Of a stretch of DNA of 64,000 bases, positions 1 through 12,800 are shown piece by piece. This DNA comes from Phallusia mammillata (taxonomy: Eukaryota): positions 2,046,001 to 2,110,000 of the forward strand of contig OZ281498.1 in the NCBI GenBank assembly GCA_965637545.1. The letters run 5' to 3'. A model generated the notes under the pieces. That model made no database searches. It was not told the origin of the DNA and saw nothing but the letters and a program-made list of their open reading frames with translations. The translations under genes were made by a program, and so were the position numbers. Every line of letters begins with the position of its first letter. Position 1 is the first letter of the stretch.

Positions 1-1754
1 CAAATGGTATCGGGCACTTTTTTAAGAATTTAACATGACTATTCTCCATTTTGGCCATTGGTAAGATTATGAAAGCAAGTTTTGCAAACGTAAAGTAAAA
101 AAGCGTGTAGAAATAGAAGGTGGTGTATAGACTATATAGCAGCAATTTTCGTCTGCCCTGGAGCTATAACTAACGCAGTGAGCGCCGGCATGTAAATGTA
201 TACACAGCCCGGGGGCCTTATAGCGATTTCGCATACTTATGTGTCTGCTGCCATTCAAGCACCACGCCATCTCAAGGTCGTACGCACGTCGGCGAAGGTC
301 AAATGCGGTGCCGACATTTTACTTGCGTAAATATACAAAGATGCGATAAACTATGTGAGATTTCTGTTTAAGGACATTGTGGGTTACTATCACCAAATAT
401 CTATGAAGGAGACATATTCAAAAACAAATTGGACTTTACAGCGGCAAAAACATATTTTCCCAAAATGTACAGCTTTGTGTTGCATTACTCTTTTACAATT
501 TAGATTTTACACTTATTTGTAACGTTTATAGACACACAGTTTATTTATCATTGATAAAAGACAGCCGGTCTGTTTCCGGTAACTATTTTGTTCAAGATGA
601 GAAAACCAATTGGATATCAACAATTGCAACCAAGTTATAATTTGTGTTTCAAAGAGGTTTTAAATAGATGCATAGTTGACCGTAATCAGCTTGGGATATG
701 TCGCAACTTCACAATAACTTAACGAAACATAAAACTCGATGTATCATCAATTCAAATACCACTAAAAACCTAAATTTACTAAACGAGAATCAATGTAGCA
801 TCAATATTAAGTAAGTTGGTGATTATAAATTCAAGCTGGATAATTCACAAAGTTCATATTAGCGAACAAAAAATCTAGAACTATGCGTAACACTTCGCGC
901 TTATTAGTCTATGTAACGCTCTATTTTTAAGTAAAATGCTTTAGGACTAGTTGTTTTTTTATTCAACTCTTTAAACAACTGGCAAAATTTCCCAATTTTT
1001 AGCGAAACAAATTTCCCAATTTTTCAGGCGAATTTGAGATGGAAATTATTGACGTCGACGTGTCAAATGACAAGTAATTCCCCCAAGTAACCTGATCTGC
1101 GCTATTATCCTTGGCAGGTGTTCACCTACCGCGAAATATGACGCTGTTACTCGTCTGTGACGTGTACAAAGGCACGTGGGTGGTGTTGAGTGAAATTAAT
1201 ACTTCACTACACAACTGGGAATTTTTGTGGTAGATTTTATTGAATTCCAACGTTTGCGTAATACTGATCCGTTTATTCGATCGTTATAGGTTTGCGTTTT
1301 ACTGAGTAACCTTTAGGTTTTTTAACCAAATAAGGCAGTTTTCGAGGAAAAGTGGTTCGCCATTTAATTTAGTTGGATCTTCGGTTAACAATGGTTCACA
1401 AGCCTTTTAATAACTGAAAGTACATTGGTTGCGTAACAAGTAGATTGCCAATAAAATTACGCTTAACGTTTGGGTCGCCTTAAAAAAATTTGTGAAGCAC
1501 TGAAATAAGCAGTAGGCTCCCCACAAATATCACTGAACAAAAAAACTATTTTTGCATTCACGAAAAACCTGGCAAATCCCTTCGTGGTAGGCGACCACTC
1601 TTTACAAAAAGAGCAAACCAACAGAATGTAGCTTTATGCGCAACTCAAGACTTTACTAATTGTGTGCGATCCTGCAATAAAAACCAATACGAAGTTGTAA
1701 AACTTTAAACGAAGTAAATTAAATAATGCAGCGCGGCAAAGTGAAAAACAATCT

Positions 1755-1986
1755 TGACCTTGAAATAAACGACATTTAACCTTAAAACGGCTAAAATATT
1801 TCAGAAAGATATAGCGCAAGAGCCACGTGACCTTGAAATTGCACCAAATTTGACCTTGATCATGGTTCGCAAAAAACGTTATGTAATATTATCTGCCGAA
1901 ATAGCGCATTGTCTCATCTTTGTAAACAGCGCGATACCGGGCACGTTTGCAATTTGACCTTGAAATTGCTCGAAATGTGACCTTGA
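1755..1986. promoter_or_regulatory. Homotypic cluster of five TGACCTTGA (TCAAGGTCA) motifs
   Basis: Exact copies at 1755, 1828, 1851, 1955 and 1978. TCAAGGTCA is the monomeric NR5A/ERR nuclear-receptor site; function is not shown. Confidence 0.5.
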
Positions 1987-4900
1987 ACGTTGTATTTTAA
2001 GAGATTTACAAAATTGTGTCGCCGAATAGCAATGTGCAAATCTTTCACACTGACATGGTAAAAGGGTAGTTTGTAAGAGAAGCATTAAAATTGCGTGAGA
2101 TAAAACATTATCACCCTGGGAAAAAAGCTTCGGATTGTGTGGGAATGCTTGAGAGACCGAGATGTGCATTATGCGGGGATGGAAGCGGCAATTATCTTTC
2201 TTTTTCCCCGGTTTGTCCTAATGCAATGTATGTTCGCAATTAAAAATAGGCTTGGTTGATTCGAGTTACATTGCTCTGTGCATTATTATGTTATCCAATG
2301 TTATTCTATCGCATGTTTGGGTAACTGAAACATTTATTTAAAATTCATCGCCGCATATTCATTGTACTTTCTAAAATAATTAAACTGTTATGGTATATCA
2401 GCATTTGTCCTTACATTTGCGTCGACATTTTCTTGTTGAAGCTTTATTTCTTCAATACAATTATGTATAATGTCTGCAAAGGAGATTGTTTGTAATGAAA
2501 GAGTCTTATGCGCGTTTTCAAGTTGCTTTCAACAATTTGGCATATATATAACGGAATACCTCATGTATTAAAAACCTATAAACGAAACTGGAGTGAATCG
2601 TTCTTTTAGATATTTGTCGTGTAATTACAATTTTTAATGATGATATAACTAGCCTAATACCACCAACGTGTGTACGCTTAGTCACTGCTTTCGTAATTTT
2701 GTATTGCTTTTAAGCCGTCGGGTATCTTTAAAACTCACAAAAAAGTGCCAGTAATAAGTTCATCCCTACATCTCAATTTATACACACTTTGACAGGGTCT
2801 TTGATACCAACACTTTTCCCAATGGAGAAATGTCTGACACTTGGTTAAACTATTGAAAACACCATAAGATTTTAACCATACAAGCCTGTATATTGTGCAA
2901 AACATTTTTGACATTTGATTTAGTCAACTTTAGGTTTCGCTTTGATATTTTCTGTTTGTTATAATTACAACACACAGCTGTCCCGATCATATTGATAGTC
3001 TACCACGTAATAAACAAGTAAAATGCCGTGAGGTCCTTAGAATAACAACATCACAAAATTAATGTCAGAAATGGAAGGGCATCTTATTCAAAAGTAAAAC
3101 AACAAAAAAATGTAAATCAAAACGCTTGTTTCAAACCGTTTATTATTTTGTTAACATTTGCGTAACATATTTTCTGATGTACTTTTTTTACAACAGAAAT
3201 CAGATTTGTTTAACGGACTTTAAGTCGTTAGAATCGCTGAAGGGGAATAATGTCCGAAGTCCAGTCCCTTTGCAAAGTTCTTGCTCAGTAGCACCACCCA
3301 ACGGCAACTGATGGTGATTATTTAATGAAATGACAAATCAACAAAAATAGATGCGAATTGTTTGAGGTACATTACTCAAGAAAAAATCATAATTCCAATA
3401 AAAAAAAAACATTGTGGCAGTTACAAGTTAAAAAATCAAATTGCATAAACACAAACACATTGAAGGGGGACTTTAACAAAACTTTAGAATTAACACAGAA
3501 TTTTACTTCCAAGACAGGATAGATGATTACAAAACATAAATACAAAAACACAAGACTAGTCACAGTAGCCAAAAATTAACACGAGCTAAATCAATAACAC
3601 AATGATTTCACACCAACCACACCACCTCACACAAATAAGCAAGCACCAACACATAAGCGAGTTTCACAAATTATCATTTAATATTTCTTTGATGGAACTT
3701 GATTTTGAAACACAAAGAGCAACACGGCGTGATAAAAAAGGAAAGAAACGAAGAATTTATACAACATAAATAAAGTGCCATTAAACCAATGAACTTGCGG
3801 ACAAGAAAGGGAAAAAATCCCAAGTAGTTTTGCATTTAAGCAGAAATTTTGTCACACTGAGATACTTTTCAACACTTGTTGCATAAAACCCCATAAATTG
3901 CATCAAACTTCGACATTATTTGTTTGATTACTTCACCTATTGGTAAAAATAAACATTGATTGATTGCTTTTACAAAAGTGCCAAACTCTACTTCACTTTT
4001 TGTGCAAATGAAACAGACACACATTGTGTTAACACCACAAGAAGCTGAAACCAACCACAAATAGCCCAAAAAACCTGAAGAGAAAAATCTAACAAGAGCG
4101 ACACAGCGAATGAAACTTAATAGCGCAATTCAAAACAGACAAGACCAAAAAACACAGACGCAAACATAAGGAAATCACAAACCAACGCAAACACTTGAAA
4201 ATATTTGACACCTTGGAACAGAACCAAACCCGGAAAGGTCAGTCAACCTAAATGCGGAACAGAGATTTCGAACTCCGATAACCGTTACAATCACGAAACG
4301 GGCTTGCTACATGAAAATATCACATTGGTCAATGTAAGGCCCCAAACAGCTCGCCTCTGTAACAACAAACACACGTTCAAGTCCAACGAAGGCGTTTGAA
4401 GGCAAAATGACTGTATCAAGTGAAACTGACGCACGTGTCGTGTGATATTTGATGACTGGTAACTGCTGGGAATAAATGATTTGCGGTGTCAGTTTGCGTA
4501 AGATCGTGGCCTATCCCTAACTGATAGTGGTGGCCCAGTACTTCGTGAGTTCTATTTGGCCGAGAACCAGACCTTAAGGTCAATTTTGCGGCTGCTATGG
4601 CGCAACACATGTATGACGTAACAATAGATTACGCGCGCTATTTTGGCTGCATGAAACTTGGACGCAGCAAGAGATGTTTATGTAACAAAACTTGCAAGTT
4701 GGACAAGAAATGTTTGTTTCTCGAATCGAGACAAAAATTCATGTCATTAAGTTTGTGTTGATCATCAATTTATATTTAACAGATTTTGATCAAAGTTAAT
4801 ATGTGTTCTGTACCACGCCCGACCGAGCCCATCCCTGCAAATTAGTGTAAGCAATCTTGCTAATTTCGTTTGTTGTCAACCAACACAGTTTTTTGGTTCC

Positions 4901-5031
4901 AAATTATCGATAACATAACATATTAAGTCAACTGTCCTATTTTCTATTACACCCAGTAGGCTCGTATTAGTTTTGAAGAACCAAATTTCACCATCATAAG
5001 GTGTGGCATAAACTTCAACGAACTGATTCAG

Positions 5032-8000
5032 CTAAAATCCACATGAACAACCCAAATCGTTCTCAATTAAGTTAAGTAACTTTTTATCTTTCAGACAAGA
5101 AAAGGGTAATTAGTTATAAATGTCAAACCGACCGGTATTGCTGACAGGTGATCACGCGCGCCAACTAGCGGATATAGAAACTCACCCATTTCTCCGCTAT
5201 TTATGGTTGGAAAGCCGGATGTAGATAAGTGGCTGTAATATTGTTCGGAGAGCTAAAATAAGAAAAAAATAAGTTGTTCATGAGCTTTCCGAGTCATTAG
5301 GGTTAAGGAATATAGTAACTTTAAAAAAATACAAAGGGGATTGGACTTTTTACTTTTTCAAGCAGATGGATCAATCCTGAAACTAGGTTTCAAAAAATAA
5401 TTACACACCATAATGTTTTCCATGTGTTTCTGCTCGTGCGCCACACATGACTCAGCACGCGTGAATAGTTGTGAACAGAAGGAACACTGGGTCATCGGTG
5501 CGGATAAGTGAGTTCGCTGGTGACGTTCGAGAAGTTGTTTGTTCATCGAAGACTTGCCACAAACCTCGCATATCTGTTGACAAGAAATAATTGTTAAATG
5601 CAACCAGAATTGTGGAGTGGAGGTCGGTGGATTTGCGCTCACTTTTTAAGGATCGGAGTAGTTTTCGAACAAATAATGTGGAGTCGGAGTTGTTATATTT
5701 TCGCCGGCTTGGGACTTTTCCCAACTTTGTTAAAATGAACGCAACAAAGTGCAATGTCAAAGGCTTCGAATTTTTGAAAAGTGGAGTCAAGCGTCGAGAT
5801 TTTTTAAACCGTCGCCACGACTCTGCAAAAGATGCTAAGGTGGGATAGGAACCGCCAACCTAGCAAACACCAAGTAATTGCCAACCAGTAAGGATGAGCC
5901 AAAATTGTCAATGTCTGTTGCCAATTTAATGCTCAGTTAGTTTGTGCGATGCTCGGCCGAGCACAGAGCATTAAAACCAGCGATGCTCGGTACCGAGTAA
6001 TCGGGTTCTGACTCGTTTGTGAGATTAAAGCAACTGTAGGTTGCTTAGGTTTTTTCAAAAGCATAGGTTTTTAATCAGAAGTTGTAGTTCCTGGGCGTAC
6101 AAGTACATTATTCAATTCCAACTCTGAGCCAGGTTTTAATTCTGTACAATTAAAGCAGGTGACTACACCTAATACAAAACTTTTACCAGAGAGGATTGTG
6201 AAGTGTGGTATGTTTTAATGTGTCTGCAAAGATCGGGCTTGACTGCAAAGTCCTTGTCACATTGGTCGCAGGGAAAAGGTCGTTCTCCTGTGTGGAACCT
6301 CTCATGCCGACGAAGATTGTTCTGCAACAAAATGTATATTGTAACACAGGTTGTATTGTTTATTGCCGGTTGTGCAAAACGGATAGTTTATATACGTGGT
6401 AAAGAATGTCTGGCAATGACGCTATATTTATAGACAGCATTGATTTGTTACTTAATTTTTGAAAAAATATATCGTATGAACTACTATCCTCCACAGCCGC
6501 AAACGCGCAGGATATGCACAAAATTAAAACACGCCTGAAAAAACTAACAGTTAAAAATAGACCGCTGAAAAAAAAATAGGGCACGAATGTTAAAAAGCAC
6601 AGCAGATGCACCTTAAGACCACTTTTAGGATAAAAAAAAAACTTTAGGTGCAAAAAGCCTGCAACCTGCTGTGATAAAAACAGTTATATCGGCTAAATTG
6701 GATGAAGTTAGGAACGTTTAGTTGCGCCAAAAGTAAAGGGTAAACCCACAGCTCTATAAAACGCATTAGACGTATGAACAGATCCATGTAGTGTTTCAGC
6801 ATTTAAGTTTCTCTAACAGTTAGGGGTCGTCAACCCGCGGCTATGGAGCCGCATGCGGCTGTTTGATCCCTCGGATGCGGCTCAGTTTTTGAAATTATCA
6901 AATGTTTTATGACACTTTCTGTGGCAAGTATGCCAAACACAAAGTCGAAAATGAAAATTGCGTTGCAATAACATGAGCGTACCCGCTGATAGTAGTTACA
7001 ATTAACCGCCTCCACCATGAAACGCCAGGTCTGAAAGAGGCAAATTGGCGGCACGCAGGTTAACAAACAGTTACTTAATATTGCAAAAAGTCGAGGTCGT
7101 GAGACCAGAAACTTTCTTTTCAGTGGCAATCCATTTTAAAATGGCTTTGTGGCTTTTTTACAATGTGAAATTGGTCTGAATGGCTCTTAACGGGACAAAG
7201 GTTTTAATTTTTGATTGATCTGTGAACAAAAGGGGACAAACTAGATTTTGTTTTGATATTAGCAAGTGAAGCTGCGTAGCATATACTTAACACACACCTT
7301 GCTGAAGATGTCCTAAAGGAGACTTCAAAATGTAGGATTAGTAATTTCGATTGATAATTGAGTTAAGCAAGAGGAAAGTTTATGAAACATGCCTAGCAAC
7401 AACACTACACTTAAGCACACACCTTGTTTGACAATCCTTCCCCACAGAACGAGCAGACATACATTCTTTCCTGTGTATGCGATTGCATATGATCCTCCAT
7501 GTGGCGTTTCTGATTAAACTTTTGTCCACAATCATCACATGTGTATGATCTCAATCTCAGATGCACAGCTTTAGCATGATTCTTTAAACAAATCACACAA
7601 GTATATAATTGAAAAAACACATAATGATTACTTTAGCTTTTGTGCTTTACATATGACCATAGTATAACTAGTTGTGAACTTTTGAAACAAATTTCCCTAC
7701 CAGGACATGCCTAATTTGTTTAATGCTTTTTTTTACCAAAGAGTTTACTGATAGACAAGGCAAACCACAAATAATTCATTTATTTTATACAACAGCACAT
7801 TCACTGCCACTGCAGCCAAACTTTGTAGAATCTGCCTTCAAGTCACACAGCCTGTTGCAGTAACCACAGTGTATATAGATAAACTTTCTTTTGATTTGAT
7901 GACATTAGTTTAAAAAATGTTTACTTGACAGCACAAAAACTAAATCCGACCAACCTCAGCTCCAGCAGAATATTTGTAATTCTTGTGACAAAATATGCAT

Positions 8001-9304
8001 TTATAAGCTCTCCTAATGTGGCTTGATATATGTCGACCCAGCGCTCTGGATGAATGAAAGCAACTAAAACATAAGCTTTTGATGTTTGGATGTGATACAT
8101 ATGACAGGAATATCAAAAGTGAACTTACAGGTTACATAAAACGCACTGCTTCATATTTCCTTGGTGTGACAACAAATGACTGATAAACGATCTAGGATGT
8201 CTGCATGTAAATAAACATGTACTGGAATTTAATGTAATTTTGGCTCATCTCCACTTTACATTAACACCAGCTTTCCACCACCTAGTTTTATAAGAATGTT
8301 TACTTAACAAGTCACATATATATGAGTGAGCTGGAAACACTGTTACAGCCTATTAAGCTGGTAGCGAAAGATTGACTGTTAAAGGTAGGGTAGCCACATA
8401 AAGCCATGACTGAAAGTCACATTCTGATAGTTTAACAAATTTTGTATGTTGGATTTGGTACAGAATTTTTACATTGGAAGATGGTGACACTTTCAACTTA
8501 GCATAAGTTTTCTTATGTTCATAAACAACATAAAAAAGTTCAAGAAGAATCATGACAAGGTTTCACAGACAAATAATCTTACCTAAAAGAAGACCTACAT
8601 ATAGGGCACAACAGAACGGAGCATGACGCACCAATGTTAAGTAATCGAGTTGTTTTCTGTTAAAAAATAATGATATGAACAAAAATAAATATTTAACCAG
8701 CAAATTTTGCAACTCACATACTTTGGAACTTAAATTCAGTTCACTGAGTTGAAAGTGGCGAAAGTATAAAAGTCCTCTACAAGAAAACAAAACCTATATT
8801 AACACTTTTAACAGCAGACAAAAATCATTTAGTCACATTTTGATAGGCATTAAAAATCACAACAATTGTTAAGTTGTATCTTAAACCAAGTATAAAGCAT
8901 GGACTTATCTGGTAATTACTTGACTAATTTATTAAGCATTTCATGCAGTTAAACAGTTTATATGCTACTATATATATATAGTTTGCAAATTTTATCTGTA
9001 TGATTACACCTCTTGGTTTAACCAACTTTATCATTTATGACTATGATTCTAAACATTTATAAGATGATTCAATTTTCATTACAAACTTTTAACTTACGAA
9101 AAAGCTCGATGGGATCTATGTTTGACTTTGAGTTTTGTGTGAAAATTCTGCAAAGGTTTAAAGCATGACAAGATATTTGAACATCATCAAACCATTTGTT
9201 CCTACCTTCTTGTGACAAACTGTAGCATGATTGCATGGAATAGTTGGAAATGCAGAACTTTCAGCAATAACAATAATTTGCAAACTCTTATCAGGTAATT
9301 TCAT
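5032..9304 (-). CDS. C2H2 zinc-finger protein, 8 fingers, about 346 aa, 11 coding exons
   Basis: Exons 9304-9206, 9147-9098, 8776-8722, 8656-8583, 8200-8129, 8063-7955, 7581-7423, 6321-6187, 5573-5409, 5252-5186, 5087-5032. All junctions are GT-AG and phase-compatible (1041 nt including stop). Fingers include CPICRSSFRHPRSFISHLLSH, CDDCGQKFNQKRHMEDHMQSH and CSFCGEGLSNKNNLRRHERFH, with a canonical TGERPF linker. The start codon and last two exons are less certain. Confidence 0.88.
5605..5828. mobile_element. Degenerate MITE with GGAGTCGGAG-type ends
   Basis: TTGTGGAGT(C)GG-like starts (5609, 5679) and a CGACTCTGCAA end; no TSD seen. Confidence 0.45.
5890..6016. mobile_element. Internally deleted, inverted copy of the 10558-10932 MITE family
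   Basis: GATGCTCGGCCGAGC...GCGATGCTCGGTACCGAGTA..CGGGTTCTG is the reverse complement of about 10572-10650, and the left end TAAGGATGAGCCAAAA matches the TIR. Confidence 0.8.
6821..7205. mobile_element. Truncated hAT/Charlie-like MITE
   Basis: Begins TAGGGGTCGTCAACCCGCGGCTATGGAGCCGCATGCGGCT, typical of a Charlie-type left end; right TIR decayed. Confidence 0.6.
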
Positions 9305-9830
9305 GATAATGTAACAATATCAGTCATTTGATTTGAATAGTAACTAAACTCCGTTAAAACAAACAGAACAGTTAAATTAGCTTGCATGTAACTTTTTTAG
9401 TTAGGTCCGTAGCAAATTAGCAATCACGAATTCGCCACGGTTTAAAGTTGATCGTTTATCTTCTGAGAAAAAACGGTTGTCTGTTGTGCACAAGCGTTTT
9501 GTCTCTAGCGCTTTTAGGTAAAAAAAACTAACGGTATGCGAGATATCATTCTTAGAAAACAATTTAAAACTCTGCTATTAACCAAAATTTGCTTCTCTAA
9601 AGTACTTTGTCTAAACTCTAAACCCACTGACGAAAATTTCAAAATGGCGCGCCAAGTTTTTACACATAGAAATATTATATTTTTAAAGTAAAGCGAAATA
9701 TTTCTTTTTTTTGTAAATTTTAACAAGTTAACACTGGATTTTTTTCCTGATTTTTTTCTGTAATTGAAACTATTGTTTAAAACAAACTTGGCAATCAATT
9801 CCAGAAAAGTTTTATTTCACGCACATGACA

Positions 9831-12800
9831 TTAAATGTCCGCAATCTCTTCAAGAGCAAGAAGTTCAGAATCGGAATCCGTACCCAAAAGATTTTGTGTC
9901 ACAAACAGTTCATCATCGGATGGAAGCAAGAATTTACATTTGAGAAGATACGAGCACAAATTGTCAACTGGATTTGATAAAGTGCTTCTTGTTGGAACAT
10001 TAGGATTTGTAATGGCTGATGGACCACTGCATTTTTTGTCTGTTTGAACAAAAAAAGTCGGAGTGAAAGAGTTGGTATGCATATATCCAAATTTACTTCT
10101 TTAACATTGGTCTTACAAGTGCCACAAGTCTGCAGTGTCTGTAGTGTTTCAAAATCCAAACTTTTTATTGATTTGCAATTTCATTATGTGCACAAATGGT
10201 TATGCTCTTGCAAGACTTCAAAAGGTTGAGAAAAACTGCTTTACTCACTAACAAATGAGTCCCACAGTAAACAGGATTTAAATGCATCAAAAGTGTTACA
10301 GATTTTTAGTAGCCCTTGAAGTCACATAATTTGCTTTGTGTTTTAAAACATAGGTAGAAATGCAAACCTTGGTGATGCTTAGGTAGTTTAGCATTAGGTA
10401 CATTAGTCCAAGGAACAGTATTACTAGAAATGATTCCGTGGGGTTGTTTTCCACTGGAAGCAATGTCTTTCAAAGACTGTCCATTGTAAAATATCTGAAA
10501 TAGGTCAATTGTTAAAAACGAATTGATCACTGTAGATTTAACCAACAGGCATTTCACTAGGGATGGGCCGAGCCGAGCCAGAACCCGAGTACTCGGTACC
10601 GAGCATCGCTGTTTTTAATCGGTGCTCGGCCGAGCAGTTGCACAAACTGAGCCGAGCGTTAAATTTGCATTTTCATGCCCTGCTAACTAACGTAAATAGT
10701 GTTCTAAAGGGTGTCTATGAACAAAAACGAATGATTTTTCAAATGTACTAGGTGGAAAAAAGCCTACTTTATGGGCATGTACAGCTTAATAAAACACCGC
10801 CGGTGACGTAAGAAATCTTGTAGAGCTGAAACGTAGAAAGGGGATTTTTGTGACATCATAATGCACCGAGCGTTAAAGTGAGATGCTCCGTGCGCGACCA
10901 AACAGAACATTTGCAGTTTTGGCACATCCCTACATTTCACGGTAGCTTATTGTCATAAGGTAGGCAATATAGGAGCTCATTGTATTGAAGAGAAATCATT
11001 TATATGATAAACAAATCTACTTTGTGATTTAGAACCTACAACAAGGACAGGTGTTTTCCTACCCTTTGCAGGGACAATAATGATCTGCTTTGTTTTTGCC
11101 ACACATTTTGCAGAAAACAGAGAAAAAGCAAGTAAATTTATTGCTTAAGTGTAATAAACTCAATTCAAAACACATTTACAAACCTTGGAAAATGCCTGAT
11201 CTTTTGAGAAAGTCAACTTGGTCACAGCATTTAACCATGATTGAGGGTTAACATAAATGTCATGATCAGTTGATACAATTAAACCAGGGTGAACCACTGT
11301 AGCTGCATAATTTGTTCCCTAAAATGTTCACATATTAAAAGTTACATCACAGACATAACCACAATTCAATATTTTGTACACATAAAAAACTACGTAGAAA
11401 TTTATGACAGGTAATTTTGTTCAACAGGTATATTTTGACCAAAATATATTTTGACCAATTAGATTGTTAAAATAAACCCTAATTTCTGATGTCAATTTAT
11501 GTTGGCTGCTACATAATTATGGCAGGAAAATAAATTGGCCAGAAAAAAACTAATAAATTTTGGAATAAGATATGTGACATAAAATTTCCTTGAGTGGATT
11601 TATTTAATCTGTTGTAACTTTATGACACCAATCTTACCTGAACAGAACAATGTAAAACATCTGAACCTTTTGAGACGAATCCTCGCTGGAACATATCTTT
11701 AAAATCCAAAGGCCTGTCTGAATCAGTTGCAGAGAACTTTACTTTATTAGTAGGCTGAAAAACATTGGTCGAGTTTGTTGGTATTCCACTATTACACGAT
11801 TGAATATCAAACTTTGGTTGGTGCAGAAACTGTTGGCTTGTTCCTGGCTGGGTTATAACCGAACCAGAACTGCCAGTGCACAATGTAGGAAACTTAAATA
11901 CAGAAAGTGGCTTGAGGGGTGAACTTTCAGGACTGTTGCCACCACAGTCATCCATGTCATAGTCTGAATAGTCATCATAACAACTGGGCGAGGTTGTGTT
12001 TAGAAGGTTGGGTTTGTTCACAAATGGCTTGTTGAGTGTCTTTTCACTCAATGCTTGTTTGGTTTTCGAGTAGGATTTGTCTGGTTTTGTTTTGTCGTTG
12101 ATTCCAGAATTGATCTTTTGTGTTGCATGTGTTTTTTGCATTACACAGATAAGTTTTGAGTTGTATTTCTTCAGAGGCAACTTTGGTTGAACTTTTGATA
12201 TTCTGTGCCTGTAAAATTATATACTTAAACTTTTGGTGGTTGCTGTTATGTTTTAATTCATAATTTACCTTTGTTTTACTGATGAAAGAATGGATTGACT
12301 GGATTGAATATCTGAGGTAGTTTCTACCTGAAAAAAAATTACCTACTTACTAAATCGGTTACTATGACATTTTTTGTTCAGTATGGAAATCAAGTGGTTA
12401 TGAGAGGTTATGCGAATTAGACTAATATTGCTAAAATCCAATTTAAATTAAGGAGGTATATTATCATCTAGTACTTAAACTATAGACAGTCACCAAATTT
12501 ATCATTAAAAACTGCATTTGATTTATCCACACATTACTGTTTTATCTCAGCACTATATACTGTGTCTGCTCATGCACAAGTTCACTGGCAGTGACAATTG
12601 TTTTCGTCATAAGTCTGAATACGAAAAAAAGCAATGGCAAATGTGTGTTAAGTTATGGTATTCTTAAAGTCTGTGTCTTGTGTATCTAAGAAACTTTTTG
12701 TTAATAATATTAAATGTTATCAGAACAAATATTTACTTGATAACCAACCTTGTCAAGGCTTTCGCTGTTTCTTGCTTTTGTTAATTCATTATTCATCTCC

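Noticed and set aside
1879-2169. 96-aa minus-strand ORF
   Set aside because: It overlaps the TGACCTTGA motif cluster and has no protein-like features or splice partners.
7790-7860. Exon-like LCDLKADSTKFGCSGSECAVV* with AATAAA
   Set aside because: It lies in a ZNF intron whose flanking exons already join in phase, and it has no homology support.
10975-11087. Open frame IIIVPAKGRKTPVLVVGSKSQSRFVYHINDFSSIQ* as an extra exon
   Set aside because: Direct splicing from 11184 to 10494 is in phase and gives an uninterrupted RAMA pattern; a minor alternative terminal exon cannot be excluded.
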